NCBI GenBank assembly: GCA_038207395.1
Contig: JBBQZW010000003.1
Coordinates: 18,131 to 82,130, forward strand
From: Minisyncoccia bacterium
Lineage (GTDB): Bacteria; Patescibacteriota; Minisyncoccia; Phycocordibacterales; Phycocordibacteraceae
Reading direction: 5' to 3'
DNA: 64,000 nt
The notes below the pieces were generated by a model. It was not told the origin of the DNA. It was given only the letters and a program-made list of their open reading frames with translations, and ran no database searches. A program made the translations under genes and the position numbers. Position 1 is the stretch's first letter. The number at the start of each line of letters is the position of its first letter. This document shows positions 1-9,880 of this stretch, piece by piece.

Positions 1-513
1 AGCATCATCTTTTAAGTAGTAATCACGGTCAGGCATGCCAAGCCCATCCTGACCAAAGTGAAATACATATTTCTCACTATTCTTAGAATCTTGATCTACC
101 CCAGAACCCCAGAACGCACCGACTCCCGTACGATGAAGCTCTGCAAGTAGTAATCCCAGATTTTCTTTTGAAGATAGTGCACTAATTTTAGTAAGTAAAG
201 GAGTGAGCGGAGCACCTGCAAGCGTATTACGACGCTTCATATCCATACCTGAGCGGTAAAAGTCACGTACCAGCTGTTCAGCACTGCCGGGGATCACCAC
301 TTTCATGTCTTCGAGTTCATCAAGAAGGGTATGTACTTTTTTATCAGTGTCGTACCTAAGAATGGTAAACGAACCCCATCGTGACTCATTTTTAGGAATG
401 GGATTCTTATCCATCCATTTCTTATTTACGTAGGCATAAAAATCATCCTGTGGACGAGTAGTCTGATCAAGTTCGCGTACATCAAATCCCCAATTCTTTT
501 TTGTAGGTGCCAT
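1..513 (-). CDS. M13 family metallopeptidase (PepO/neprilysin-like), N-terminal part; runs off the window
   Basis: Manual translation from ATG 513: MAPTKKNWGFDVRELDQTTRPQDDFYAYVNKKW...SRWGSF...GLGMPDRDYY; the PxDDFYxYVN and GLGMPDRDYY motifs are typical of M13. Confidence 0.88.
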   Translation of the reverse strand, partial: MAPTKKNWGFDVRELDQTTRPQDDFYAYVNKKWMDKNPIPKNESRWGSFTILRYDTDKKVHTLLDELEDMKVVIPGSAEQLVRDFYRSGMDMKRRNTLAGAPLTPLLTKISALSSKENLGLLLAELHRTGVGAFWGSGVDQDSKNSEKYVFHFGQDGLGMPDRDYYLKDDA

Positions 514-612
514 ATACCTTCAGTATACCGAGACTATCGAATAATCCCCAGGAGGCATTGCCATTTTATGGTTAGGTGGTAGGGTGAGGGTGTTCATTGA
601 AGGAGAATTACC

Positions 613-807
613 GTGAGTGTAATTTCAGGTCAAAGACTGACGCGAGACATGTTTCCGAGTCCGGGAATTTTGGATCACAAAGTCGGGAGCGGTATGAACC
701 GCACAACCAGACGAGAGAACTTTCGTACGGCAGAAGATTCGGTTCTGTATCTTGCGCTGCTGCGTAGCAGGCGCGAACTTGAAGCCGTTACCACGAGCCC
801 AGGATAA
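613..807 (+). CDS. Small hypothetical protein (64 aa)
   Basis: GTG start preceded by AAGGAG; followed by hairpin GAGCCCAGGA...TCCTGGGCTC and a T-run. Confidence 0.4.
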   Translation: MSVISGQRLTRDMFPSPGILDHKVGSGMNRTTRRENFRTAEDSVLYLALLRSRRELEAVTTSPG

Positions 808-862
808 TACACTCCTGGGCTCCACTTTTTTACCTACCACTAATCATGGTATCGTCATATCT

Positions 863-2818
863 ATGAAAGTATCTGAAGTACGCTCCCGTTATCTATCCTT
901 TTTCAAAGCACGCGGCCACGTCATAATTCCATCCGCTCCTATTGTTCCTGGTAACGACCCCACGACGCTTTTTACGTCCTCAGGGATGCAGCCGCTCGTG
1001 CCGTATCTGCTTGGGAAAGATCATCCCGAGGGTGCACGCCTTGTTGATTCTCAGATGAGCTTTCGTGCAGGGGACATTGAAGAAGTTGGCGACAACCGAC
1101 ACACCACATTCTTTGAGATGCTCGGGAACTGGTCACTCGGTGATTATTTTAAGAAAGAACAACTCGCCTGGGTAGGTGAATTTATCATGTCAAAGGACGA
1201 AGGTCTGGGACTTTCTCCTGAACATATATATGTAACGGTATTTGCAGGAGATGAAGATACTGGCATGGAAGAAGATACTGAAGCTGTCAGTATCTGGCAA
1301 AATCTATTTGAGGAGAAGGGGGTGAACGCAGAATTTGCCCGAATAGGAAGTGAAGCTGAAGGATATAAAAAGGGAATGAAGCCTGGAGAGCGTATCTTTG
1401 CGTATGACGCAAAGAAGAATTGGTGGAGTCGCGCAGGAGTGCCAGCAAACATGCCTGCAGGTGAACCTGGAGGGCCAGACTCTGAACTCTTCTATGACTT
1501 CAACCCGAACAGTGGATTCCCAGGAGGTCATGCCGAGGCAAACTCCGCAGAAGTCTGGGGTGCAGAGTGTCATCCAAACTGTGATTGTGGACGCTTTGTT
1601 GAGATAGGAAACTCAGTCTTTATGCAGTTCATAAAGAACGAAGACGGCTCATTCTCAAATCTTCCTAAGCAAAATGTGGACTTCGGAGGAGGTCTTGAGC
1701 GCCTTACCTTTGCAACGCTTGGCATCCCTGACGCGTTCTTGATTGACGTCTTTGATGAAGCGCGCGCAGTGCTTGAATCACGCACGGGAGAAAAATACGC
1801 AGAGAATGAAGCTTCAACCCGCGCCATGCGTATCATTCTCGACCATATGCGTGCGGCAAGTTTCATGATTGCTGAAGGGGTAACTCCATCAAACACTGAG
1901 GCTGGATACATTCTTCGCCGCCTTATTCGCCGCGCAATACGTGAGGCTGATCGTCTTTCTATCACTGACTCAGTACTTGCAGATGTTGCTCGCGGGTTCG
2001 GGAATGCCTATGCTGACCACTATCCGCATGTGCATGCGGCCGCAGAAAAGATTCAAGACGAATTAGGTAAAGAAGAAGAGCAGTTTCGAAAAACTCTAAC
2101 TCAAGGTCTTCGAGAACTTGAGAAGTTTGCCGCAAAAGAAAACGGTCTTCAGCCCGAAGATGTATTTACACTTTTCACCACGTACGGTTTTCCTATTGAA
2201 CTCACCCTCGAGATTGGAAATGAACGCGATATAGAAATAGATCTTCCTGCCGTTATGGAGCTGATGAAAAAACATCAGGACACCTCCCGCGCCGGCGGTG
2301 CGCAACGTTTTGCAGGAGGACTCGCCGACCATGCAGAGCAGACGGTGCGGTACCACACCACTCACCACATACTCTTAAAGGCACTCCAGATGGTACTCGG
2401 TCCCGAAGTACACCAGCGGGGAAGTAACATTACGAGCGAGCGTCTTCGTATTGATTTCTCAAGTCCCGCGAAACTAACTGACGAGCAAAAGGCTGAAGTG
2501 GAGAAGATTGTAAATGATTTGCTATATCAGGATATCCCCGTAACTCGTACTGTCATGCCACGAGAAGAAGCGGAAAAGCTTGGCGCTGAAATGGAGTTCG
2601 GGGTGAAATATCCAGATATGGTGACGGTATATTCTGTGGGCCCTGCTCATGCAACTGAAGAAATGCCTGATATTCCTAATGCGTTCTCACTCGAATTCTG
2701 TGGTGGACCGCATGTAACAAACACGAGCGAAATTCATGAGAGTGGAAAGCGTTTCAAGATTCAAAAAGAAGAAGCGGTTGCGTCAGGTGTTCGTCGTATC
2801 AAAGCAGTGCTCATATAA
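863..2818 (+). CDS. alaS: Alanine--tRNA ligase (short form, no C-Ala domain)
   Basis: DPTTLFTSSGMQP, RHTTFFEMLGNWSLGDYFK, editing HTTHH and EFCGGPHV, ends GVRRIKA; probable start MKVSEVR at 863. Confidence 0.96.
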   Translation: MKVSEVRSRYLSFFKARGHVIIPSAPIVPGNDPTTLFTSSGMQPLVPYLLGKDHPEGARLVDSQMSFRAGDIEEVGDNRHTTFFEMLGNWSLGDYFKKEQLAWVGEFIMSKDEGLGLSPEHIYVTVFAGDEDTGMEEDTEAVSIWQNLFEEKGVNAEFARIGSEAEGYKKGMKPGERIFAYDAKKNWWSRAGVPANMPAGEPGGPDSELFYDFNPNSGFPGGHAEANSAEVWGAECHPNCDCGRFVEIGNSVFMQFIKNEDGSFSNLPKQNVDFGGGLERLTFATLGIPDAFLIDVFDEARAVLESRTGEKYAENEASTRAMRIILDHMRAASFMIAEGVTPSNTEAGYILRRLIRRAIREADRLSITDSVLADVARGFGNAYADHYPHVHAAAEKIQDELGKEEEQFRKTLTQGLRELEKFAAKENGLQPEDVFTLFTTYGFPIELTLEIGNERDIEIDLPAVMELMKKHQDTSRAGGAQRFAGGLADHAEQTVRYHTTHHILLKALQMVLGPEVHQRGSNITSERLRIDFSSPAKLTDEQKAEVEKIVNDLLYQDIPVTRTVMPREEAEKLGAEMEFGVKYPDMVTVYSVGPAHATEEMPDIPNAFSLEFCGGPHVTNTSEIHESGKRFKIQKEEAVASGVRRIKAVLI

Positions 2819-2866
2819 CGTACTTTCTTACGCCACTTTCGCGAGTATCGTTTATACTCTTTATAC

Positions 2867-4027
2867 ATGTGGCCTTTTAAACGCAACACTAGTTCGTCGA
2901 TGGTGCTTATCACCATCGGTTCATCTGCAGTGTCCGGTGCGTATGTCTCATACGAAACAGGAAAGATACCCACGATGTACTACACATCGCGTCACTCAAT
3001 CGAGCTCCGTTCAAATGAGACCCTACAAAGCGCCATGCTTCGTGCACTCGATGCTGTAGGAACTGACTTAATTGAAATTGGTGCACCGATACTTAGGCGA
3101 GAGACAGGAAGTGGGCATGTTGATGGTGTACTTGTATCTGTGGCAGGACCATGGCAGGAAACCCGTGTCCGTACAGAGACTATTCAACCAGGAAAACCCT
3201 TTATCTTTACGCGTGCGATGCTGAGCGAAGTAGTGTCCGCAGGAGACAAAACTCCTAGTGACCGCGTGAGTTTCGGTGAACAGGTAATCGCAACTATCCT
3301 TAACGGCTATGACATACCACAGGCTATTGGGAAAAAAGCTAACCGCGCTGAAGTGGTTATCCTTTCCTCGACCCTTGATAAAGGGGTGACTGAGCAGGTA
3401 CGTGAGCGCGTGCGAAAGCTGTATCACACCCACACCATTACCTTCACCGCATTTGCTCCCGTAACCTACGCTGTACTTCGTGACTTATACCCTCATGAAC
3501 GAGACTTCCTTGCGCTTGATGTTGCCGCAGAAGACACTGATCTTGCCTTTGTAAAAGGGAATTTACTGGTAGACGTTGGCACGTTACCGTTTGGGCTTTC
3601 CGCGCTTTTAACGGCAACGAGGAGTGCAGAGCGCATGACGGTTGAGGAAGAATCTGGCATTGCGCACAAGATGGGGGATCAGCCTGGATATATTAACCCT
3701 GACCGTAACGCTCGTTTCTCTACACGCGTAGACGCAGCGCGCGATCAATGGCTTACCGGTCTTGCTGAATTACTTAAAAAGTTTGCACAGCTTCATGCGC
3801 TTCCTCGTACCCTTTTTGTACTTACTCCGCCAAATGCGCGTGATTATCTGAAACGTTCGCTAAACAGTACGATTCTTCACACTCTTTGGCTTTCTGATGA
3901 GCCGCTCTCGATAATTATGATTACCTCTGAACAATTCTCTTCAAAGCTTCGTTCAAAAGCTGATCAAGAAATTCCTATCTTTCTTGCAATTCTTTCCTTG
4001 TACCAGCAAAAGATGTTTTCTACCTAA
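2867..4027 (+). CDS. Hypothetical protein, possibly FtsA/PilM-like actin fold
   Basis: ITIGSSAVSG near the N-terminus and FLALDVAAEDTDLAFVKG resemble degenerate ASKHA phosphate loops. Confidence 0.5.
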   Translation: MWPFKRNTSSSMVLITIGSSAVSGAYVSYETGKIPTMYYTSRHSIELRSNETLQSAMLRALDAVGTDLIEIGAPILRRETGSGHVDGVLVSVAGPWQETRVRTETIQPGKPFIFTRAMLSEVVSAGDKTPSDRVSFGEQVIATILNGYDIPQAIGKKANRAEVVILSSTLDKGVTEQVRERVRKLYHTHTITFTAFAPVTYAVLRDLYPHERDFLALDVAAEDTDLAFVKGNLLVDVGTLPFGLSALLTATRSAERMTVEEESGIAHKMGDQPGYINPDRNARFSTRVDAARDQWLTGLAELLKKFAQLHALPRTLFVLTPPNARDYLKRSLNSTILHTLWLSDEPLSIIMITSEQFSSKLRSKADQEIPIFLAILSLYQQKMFST

Positions 4028-5376
4028 TTACCTTTCTCCTTTGCATTTAGGGCGTCTTGCGCTGCACTTTGCCCTGCCACGGTTCCGCTCGTCCAACATA
4101 GTTGAAGACTGTATCCTCCTGAGGGGCGGTCAATGTTGAGAAGATCTCCAATGACATACAGGTTGCTTAGTATCTTCGAACGCATAGTTCGTGTGTCTAT
4201 TTCCGTGAGATCCACACCCCCGCTTGCGATGATTGCTTTTTCAAAACCAAGACGTCCTTTCACGTGTATAGAAATGTTTTTAATACATCCACCAAGCGTA
4301 ATGCGTTGTTCACGTGTTATTGAGTGAGCGGGGGTATCTTCCAATACACGCGCATCCTTAACTACCACTGACACCAGCGCTGAGGGCATGAGGGACGAAA
4401 GAATATTGCGTATCTTGCGGTTAGGTTCAGCAGCAATAGCATCCTGAAGAATGATATTCATATCCTCAACACTATCCTTTGGTCGAAGATCAAGACTTAG
4501 GAGGACGGGGCCATAGGGAAGACGTTCACCTACGTCTTTACTAAGATTAAGGACTGCAGGGCCACTAATGCCTTGATGGGTAAATACCATACCTCCGCTT
4601 TGCTTTAGCACTTTTTTGCCTTCTTCAACGAGTGAAAGGGTAATGTCGGGAAGACTAAGACCTGAGAGCGGAGCCACCCATTCATCTTTTACCGTAAGGG
4701 GCACAAGAGACGGATCAGGTTTTGCAACAGTGTGGCCAAGTGACGTGAGCCAGGTAAAACCGTCTCCCGTTGAGCCAGTATCAGGACGTGAAAGGCCTCC
4801 GGTCGCTAAGATATAGGCGTGCGCGTTGATGCGCTGATCATTTACAAGGGTTACGTGAGTAATCAGACCGTCCTTACTGGCAATATTCTTTACATTCGTT
4901 CCCTTAATTACATGTACCGAACCATCGGCTAGGAAATCTTGAAATACTTCCCATACTGACTCAGCACTGTCTGTTACAGGAAAAACACGTTCACGCGCTT
5001 CAACTTTCGTGGCAAGTCCTCGAGTATTGAAAAAAGAAAGACTGTCGGAAACTCCGTGACGAGAGAAGGGAGAAAAGAGGAACTGATCTGCAGCCTTTCC
5101 TTTGGAATTAAACTTTGACAGAAAGACTCGAGGATTCTTTTCTGCATTTGTGACGTTACACCGCCCACCACCCGTAATGAGAAGTTTCTTTCCAAGGAGA
5201 GTGTTCTTTTCAATAAGTACCACCCGTGCTCCGGAAGCAGCGGCTTGGCCAGCAGCCATCATACCGGCGGCTCCGCCGCCGATTACGGCCACGTCCCAGA
5301 TATCACTCTTTTGCTTTTGTTCACCAGCTTTCATTCTCCCCACACTAGCGCGTATAGGCCATATTGTCTCTTTCAT
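4024..5376 (-). CDS. HI0933/BaiN family FAD-dependent oxidoreductase
   Basis: VIGGGAAGMMAA, GKKLLITGGGRCNVTN, ATGG.S.P.TGSTGDG, GGYSLQ. Confidence 0.93.
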   Translation of the reverse strand: MKETIWPIRASVGRMKAGEQKQKSDIWDVAVIGGGAAGMMAAGQAAASGARVVLIEKNTLLGKKLLITGGGRCNVTNAEKNPRVFLSKFNSKGKAADQFLFSPFSRHGVSDSLSFFNTRGLATKVEARERVFPVTDSAESVWEVFQDFLADGSVHVIKGTNVKNIASKDGLITHVTLVNDQRINAHAYILATGGLSRPDTGSTGDGFTWLTSLGHTVAKPDPSLVPLTVKDEWVAPLSGLSLPDITLSLVEEGKKVLKQSGGMVFTHQGISGPAVLNLSKDVGERLPYGPVLLSLDLRPKDSVEDMNIILQDAIAAEPNRKIRNILSSLMPSALVSVVVKDARVLEDTPAHSITREQRITLGGCIKNISIHVKGRLGFEKAIIASGGVDLTEIDTRTMRSKILSNLYVIGDLLNIDRPSGGYSLQLCWTSGTVAGQSAAQDALNAKEKGN

Positions 5377-5622
5377 GTTATTTCGTCAGAAGACATACCA
5401 GATGTTGAGTGTTCCAATTACTGTGATATACCTTTACTCGGTGTTCCCAAATCAATAGGAGAAGATACGTGCACGATCCCGCATCAGCCATTCCTGCGTA
5501 CCTCATAATTTTGCTGCTCATTGGTGCGGCAGTATGCAGTCGCTGTTTCCCAAACTGGGACAAGTGACCAGAGAGTGAAAGCGTTCATGGTGCCTATTCA
5601 ATTTGTTGCAAAACTGCACTCG

Positions 5623-5652
5623 TGCACCGTCCTTACAAGTAAGGACGGTGCA
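5623..5652. terminator. Stem-loop, probable intrinsic terminator
   Basis: TGCACCGTCCTTAC-AA-GTAAGGACGGTGCA perfect inverted repeat. Confidence 0.55.
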
Positions 5653-5790
5653 TTTATTTAAGTGACACATGAATAGCGCTCCATAAATCGCTCATTTCTT
5701 TCACATCCCCATGTTTTGAGGACAAGCTTTTTATACGGGTTATACTGTATGAATACTGGCAGGGCGCTTTATTGGTAACTTTTATAAGGC

Positions 5791-7104
5791 ATGGCAAAAA
5801 CAATTACGGACATAATTCCTCCATCACGCCGACGACAGATGGAGCAAAACGGCGAAGCGCCCGGACCCTACACCCCAGAAGGTATTCCTGACTACACACC
5901 ACCTGTCCCTCCTCCATTCCAGCCCCCAACACCTCCACGCCCTCTTATGGATGACGAAGCACCACGCCGCCGCAGTAATTCGGGTTCACGTCAGTTCCCG
6001 TGGGGAATTGCACTTATCGCTCTCATTATCGTCGTTGGTTCGGTAGGAGTACTCTTTGCCTTTGCCTCGGCACAAGTAACCATTACCCCAACAGCAAAGA
6101 CCACGGTGGTGACCGGAGATTTTAGCGCCACGTTTAATTCAGGAGATCTTCCGTATCAGATTGTGTCCGTAGAGAAAACCGTCAGCGCAAACGTACCTGC
6201 AGAAAGTACTGAGACCGTAAACGATCCTGCCCACGGAACCATTACCATCTCAAACACTCAAGAAACGTCTCAGACACTTATTAAAAACACGCGCTTCCAG
6301 ACAGCTGCGGGACTCGTGTTCCGCATTCAAGATTCAGTGACCATCCCAGGAGGTTCAATTAGCTCACCTGGCACAGTCAAAGCAACTGTTTCTGCTGACA
6401 CCGGAGGAGAGCAGTACAATATTGCACCCGCTACGTTTAGCGTTCCAGGACTCAAAGGCTCTGCTTCGTTTGATAAAGTAACAGCAAAATCCACCGAGGC
6501 ATTTACGGGCGGATTCTCGGGAACACGTCCCAGCGTAAGTGAAGGCACACGCACAACCCAAAACCAAAAGAGTCAGGCCGCGCTTACCGAATCCCTCACC
6601 GAAGCCGTAACAGCCGAACTTCCTTCTGGATATATTGTCATTCCTGGAGCAACCACCTTCACCTATGCGCCAGAAACTGACACTGTTGGCAAAAGCAATT
6701 CAGTAAATGTAAACCTAAAAGGAACTGCAGTTGCTGTGGCAGTACCAAGTGCTGCGCTCGCTAAGGCAATCTCATTCCGTACTAATGGAAGCTACACCGG
6801 CCAACCAGTTACTATTAAAAATCCCGGCAGTCTGGCACTTGCACCAAACACGCAGGGAACACCAACCGCAGAGCAAGGTACGTATACCTTTACTCTTAGC
6901 GGAAACGCCACGATCATATACGACATAGACGCGACGAAAATAGCTGGCGCCGTAGCCGGAAAAAATCGCACCGCAGCCTACACAATAATCCAAGGATTCC
7001 CTGAAGTAGACCGTGCAGTTCTTAACGTACGACCGTTCTGGAAGACCTCATTCCCTGACGATCCTGCAAGTATCAAAGTCTCAACGACAAGCTCGAGTGA
7101 GTAA
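5791..7104 (+). CDS. Membrane-anchored protein with baseplate J-like domain
   Basis: Pro-rich N-terminus, one TM helix, then GTITISN...NTRFQT..GLVFRI...GEQYNI...F..PG...FTGG pattern resembling baseplate J-like proteins of CPR. Confidence 0.6.
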   Translation: MAKTITDIIPPSRRRQMEQNGEAPGPYTPEGIPDYTPPVPPPFQPPTPPRPLMDDEAPRRRSNSGSRQFPWGIALIALIIVVGSVGVLFAFASAQVTITPTAKTTVVTGDFSATFNSGDLPYQIVSVEKTVSANVPAESTETVNDPAHGTITISNTQETSQTLIKNTRFQTAAGLVFRIQDSVTIPGGSISSPGTVKATVSADTGGEQYNIAPATFSVPGLKGSASFDKVTAKSTEAFTGGFSGTRPSVSEGTRTTQNQKSQAALTESLTEAVTAELPSGYIVIPGATTFTYAPETDTVGKSNSVNVNLKGTAVAVAVPSAALAKAISFRTNGSYTGQPVTIKNPGSLALAPNTQGTPTAEQGTYTFTLSGNATIIYDIDATKIAGAVAGKNRTAAYTIIQGFPEVDRAVLNVRPFWKTSFPDDPASIKVSTTSSSE

Positions 7105-7124
7105 GTACAACTATCGTTAAGTAC

Positions 7125-7155
7125 ATAAAAAGGCGCCTTAGCGGCGCCTTTTTAT
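7125..7155. terminator. Bidirectional intrinsic terminator
   Basis: ATAAAAAGGCGCC-TTAGC-GGCGCCTTTTTAT. Confidence 0.75.
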
Positions 7156-7237
7156 GTACCTACCTTTCGCAAGAACAATAAATGTTGGAATTTTTATCCA
7201 ACGCGTGGTAGGTTTTGTCTAGACATTTTCAGTTCTG

Positions 7238-7747
7238 ATGGAGAGTTATATGTCACTGGCATTAACCAATGTAAGTGTTGTACAAATTGAACTTAGGAAG
7301 AGACAACACCGAGATATACCAAGTCGCTGGTTCCAGCGAAAACGAAATGGAGTTCCTATTAATCCTGGGGAGGAATCGCTGGAAATACTTGGTCCTACTA
7401 CGAACACATCGTTAAGTTCACTTACTCAAAATTTGTTAAACGAAGGATTTGTCTATTCCTTCGGCTTTGCGCGTAAATCTGAAGACAGAAATAAAGTTCC
7501 TTATTATAGGCTCGTTTTTTTCTTGGTACGTAGCAATTACCGAAGACTCCCTCACGACAAAGACTCGAATGACGAATTATTCTTCCAGCTCATGACGAAA
7601 GACGAGTCATGGAACGTCAGCGCTAAGGCGCATCCCATGATAGATATTCCGTCAAAATACTGCTTGACCATTACTGCACTACACGAGAAACCACCAAAAA
7701 CCAGGGGATCGCTTGTGGTAGGAGCACCTTTGCAAGTGATCGGCTAG
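7238..7747 (+). CDS. Hypothetical protein
   Basis: 169-aa ORF followed by hairpin TGGACACC...GGTGTCCA and a T-run. Confidence 0.6.
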   Translation: MESYMSLALTNVSVVQIELRKRQHRDIPSRWFQRKRNGVPINPGEESLEILGPTTNTSLSSLTQNLLNEGFVYSFGFARKSEDRNKVPYYRLVFFLVRSNYRRLPHDKDSNDELFFQLMTKDESWNVSAKAHPMIDIPSKYCLTITALHEKPPKTRGSLVVGAPLQVIG

Positions 7748-7883
7748 CATTCTGGACACCGTAACTGGTGTCCATTTTTTTAATAGACAGTCTTCAGAGA
7801 TGATTGAATTCACTACGTAGAGGGAAATCCTTATCTACCCGTTGACGCGCCACAGCCTATTTGGTACATTAATAAAGCTACAC

Positions 7884-8099
7884 ATGGAGGAAACAAAGAC
7901 AGATGCACCAACCGGTACCGTAGAAGAGGTACTGCCTAATTCTTTGTTCCGTGTACGCATGCCTGACGGCGAGCTCGTATTAAGTTACCTCGCTGGAAAA
8001 ATGCGTTTACATCGCATCCGCGTATTGGTTGGAGACAAGGTAGAACTCGTCTTAGACCCCTACGGAGGACGCGCTCGTGTCGTTCGTCGCTTGTCGTAG
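7884..8099 (+). CDS. infA: Translation initiation factor IF-1
   Basis: [14 protein letters not shown]...[18 protein letters not shown]; upstream of rpmJ-rpsM. Confidence 0.95.
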   Translation: MEETKTDAPTGTVEEVLPNSLFRVRMPDGELVLSYLAGKMRLHRIRVLVGDKVELVLDPYGGRARVVRRLS

Positions 8100-8139
8100 C
8101 ATCGCAGCCCTCGATTACTTTGGGCACCAATTTTTACCT

Positions 8140-8256
8140 ATGAAAGTACGCGCATCAATCAAAGTACAGCAGCCCGGTGACATTATTGTTCGCCGCGGTG
8201 GAACGCTATACCGTATTAACAAGCGCAACCCACGTCGCAAGGCCCGCCAAGGCTAA
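8140..8256 (+). CDS. rpmJ: 50S ribosomal protein bL36 (Cys-free form)
   Basis: Manual translation [38 protein letters not shown]; between infA and rpsM; absent from the ORF track. Confidence 0.93.
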   Translation: MKVRASIKVQQPGDIIVRRGGTLYRINKRNPRRKARQG

Positions 8257-8290
8257 TTTCAGTAATATTATTTAACCTAACATCACTCTC

Positions 8291-8671
8291 ATGCGTATCG
8301 CCGGTGTAACCCTTCCAGATAATAAGCAGCTCGCGTATTCGCTGCCGCTTATTTATGGTATTGGCCCAACGCGTGCCCTTGATATCCTCAAGGAAGCAAA
8401 GATTGACCCTGTTCGTAAAGGAAGTGACCTCACTCCTGAAGAAGAGCAGACTGTTCGCTCACTCGCAGAAGCATTCACTATTGAAGGTGAACTTCGTCGT
8501 GAGATTGGCCAAAACATTAAGCGTTTGAAGGATATCCGCTCAACCCGTGGTGTCCGTCATGAGCGCCGTCTACCTGTTCGCGCTCAGCGCACAAAAACTA
8601 ACTCACGTACCGTTCGTGGAAACGTTCGTAAGACCATGGGTTCTGGTCGCCGTACGCTCGAGAAGACATAG
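8291..8671 (+). CDS. rpsM: 30S ribosomal protein uS13
   Basis: MRIAGV..IYGIG...RGVRHERRLPVRAQRTKTNSRT. Confidence 0.97.
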   Translation: MRIAGVTLPDNKQLAYSLPLIYGIGPTRALDILKEAKIDPVRKGSDLTPEEEQTVRSLAEAFTIEGELRREIGQNIKRLKDIRSTRGVRHERRLPVRAQRTKTNSRTVRGNVRKTMGSGRRTLEKT

Positions 8672-8707
8672 AGCATATATTCATTTATTCTCTACATTTA
8701 ATTTCCT

Positions 8708-9142
8708 ATGGGTAAGAAACGAATCATCAAGAAGAGTGGCAAAGGCCTTGATCAAGGACGCAAAGAGCGTGCTCTTTCGAAGATCGCTAAGAAGCGTATT
8801 GAGCGTGGTGTTCTTCATGTTGAAGCAACGTTCAACAACACTAAGGCTGTTTTCACTGATGAGAAGGGAAATGCCATCATGTCTTCTTCTGCTGGTGCTC
8901 TTGGGTTCTCAGGTGCACGCAAGTCAACACCGTACGCAGCAGCTAAGGTTGGCGAACTCCTTGGGGAAAAGGCTGCTATCATTGGCGTAAAAGAAGCTAC
9001 GGTCATCATTCGTGGAGTTGGTGCTGGACGTGAGTCAGCACTTCGCGGATTTGCCGGAAAGGGAATTGTTATCCGCGCTATCAAAGACGCAACGCCTGTT
9101 CCCCACAACGGACCTCGTGCTCCTAAGCCACGTCGCGTATAG
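8708..9142 (+). CDS. rpsK: 30S ribosomal protein uS11
   Basis: ATFNNT, RKSTPYAA, DATPVPHNGPR. Confidence 0.97.
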   Translation: MGKKRIIKKSGKGLDQGRKERALSKIAKKRIERGVLHVEATFNNTKAVFTDEKGNAIMSSSAGALGFSGARKSTPYAAAKVGELLGEKAAIIGVKEATVIIRGVGAGRESALRGFAGKGIVIRAIKDATPVPHNGPRAPKPRRV

Positions 9143-9160
9143 CCTTTAATTTTATTTAGT

Positions 9161-9781
9161 ATGAAAGTAGGACCAAAGTACAAGATCGCAAAACGCCTCG
9201 GCGCTTCAGTATTCGAAAAGACGATGACGCAGAAGTTCGCTATTGCGGCTGAGCGCAATCCTCGTGCCTCAAAGGGACGTGGACGTGGCCCAACAGAATT
9301 CGGCCGTCAGCTTCTTGAAAAGCAGAAAGTACGTTTTACGTACGGTCTTTCAGAAAAGCAGTTTAGCTCATATGTAGCTTCAGCAATGAAGACACACGCT
9401 TCAGCAGACCTAACTCCTGCGGACGTGCTTCATCGTCATCTTGAGCTTCGTCTTGATAACATCGTCTCACGCCTTAATCTTGCTCCTACGCGCCGTGCAG
9501 CTCGTCAGATGGTGTCTCACGGTCACATCACGGTTAACGGACGTAAGACGAGCATTCCTTCTCGCCAGATCCGTATTGGTGACGTTATCGGCATCCGTGG
9601 CGGCAGTAAGGCACTTCCTCTCTTTGAGAACTACGAAGTCCGTTCCGCTGACATGACCCTTCCGTCATGGTTGAAGTGGGACGTAAAGAAAATGGAAGGA
9701 GGCGTTGAAAATATGCCAACCACTGAGTCTGCTTCTCCTGCAGGAGACCTCAGTACCGTGCTTTCGTTCTACTCACGTTAG
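9161..9781 (+). CDS. rpsD: 30S ribosomal protein uS4
   Basis: QLLEKQKVRFTYG, LELRLDNIV, AARQMVSHGHITVNG. Confidence 0.97.
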   Translation: MKVGPKYKIAKRLGASVFEKTMTQKFAIAAERNPRASKGRGRGPTEFGRQLLEKQKVRFTYGLSEKQFSSYVASAMKTHASADLTPADVLHRHLELRLDNIVSRLNLAPTRRAARQMVSHGHITVNGRKTSIPSRQIRIGDVIGIRGGSKALPLFENYEVRSADMTLPSWLKWDVKKMEGGVENMPTTESASPAGDLSTVLSFYSR

Positions 9782-9880
9782 GACTCATGACCAGCGGTCT
9801 GAGGTGGGAATTCCACTTCTCGGACCGCCCATCATGGCTCTTAGCCATCATTATTTACATCTGCTAATCACGATTGAGTT

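Noticed and set aside
752-862. N-terminal extension of alaS in the ORF track
   Set aside because: It crosses a terminator hairpin; homology begins at MKVSEVR (863).
5378-5790. Small ORF or riboswitch in the 400-bp gap
   Set aside because: Only short unconvincing ORFs and one hairpin; no recognisable riboswitch motif.
9790-9850. Hairpins between rpsD and rpoA as an ncRNA
   Set aside because: Short and consistent with an ordinary intra-operon stability or processing structure.
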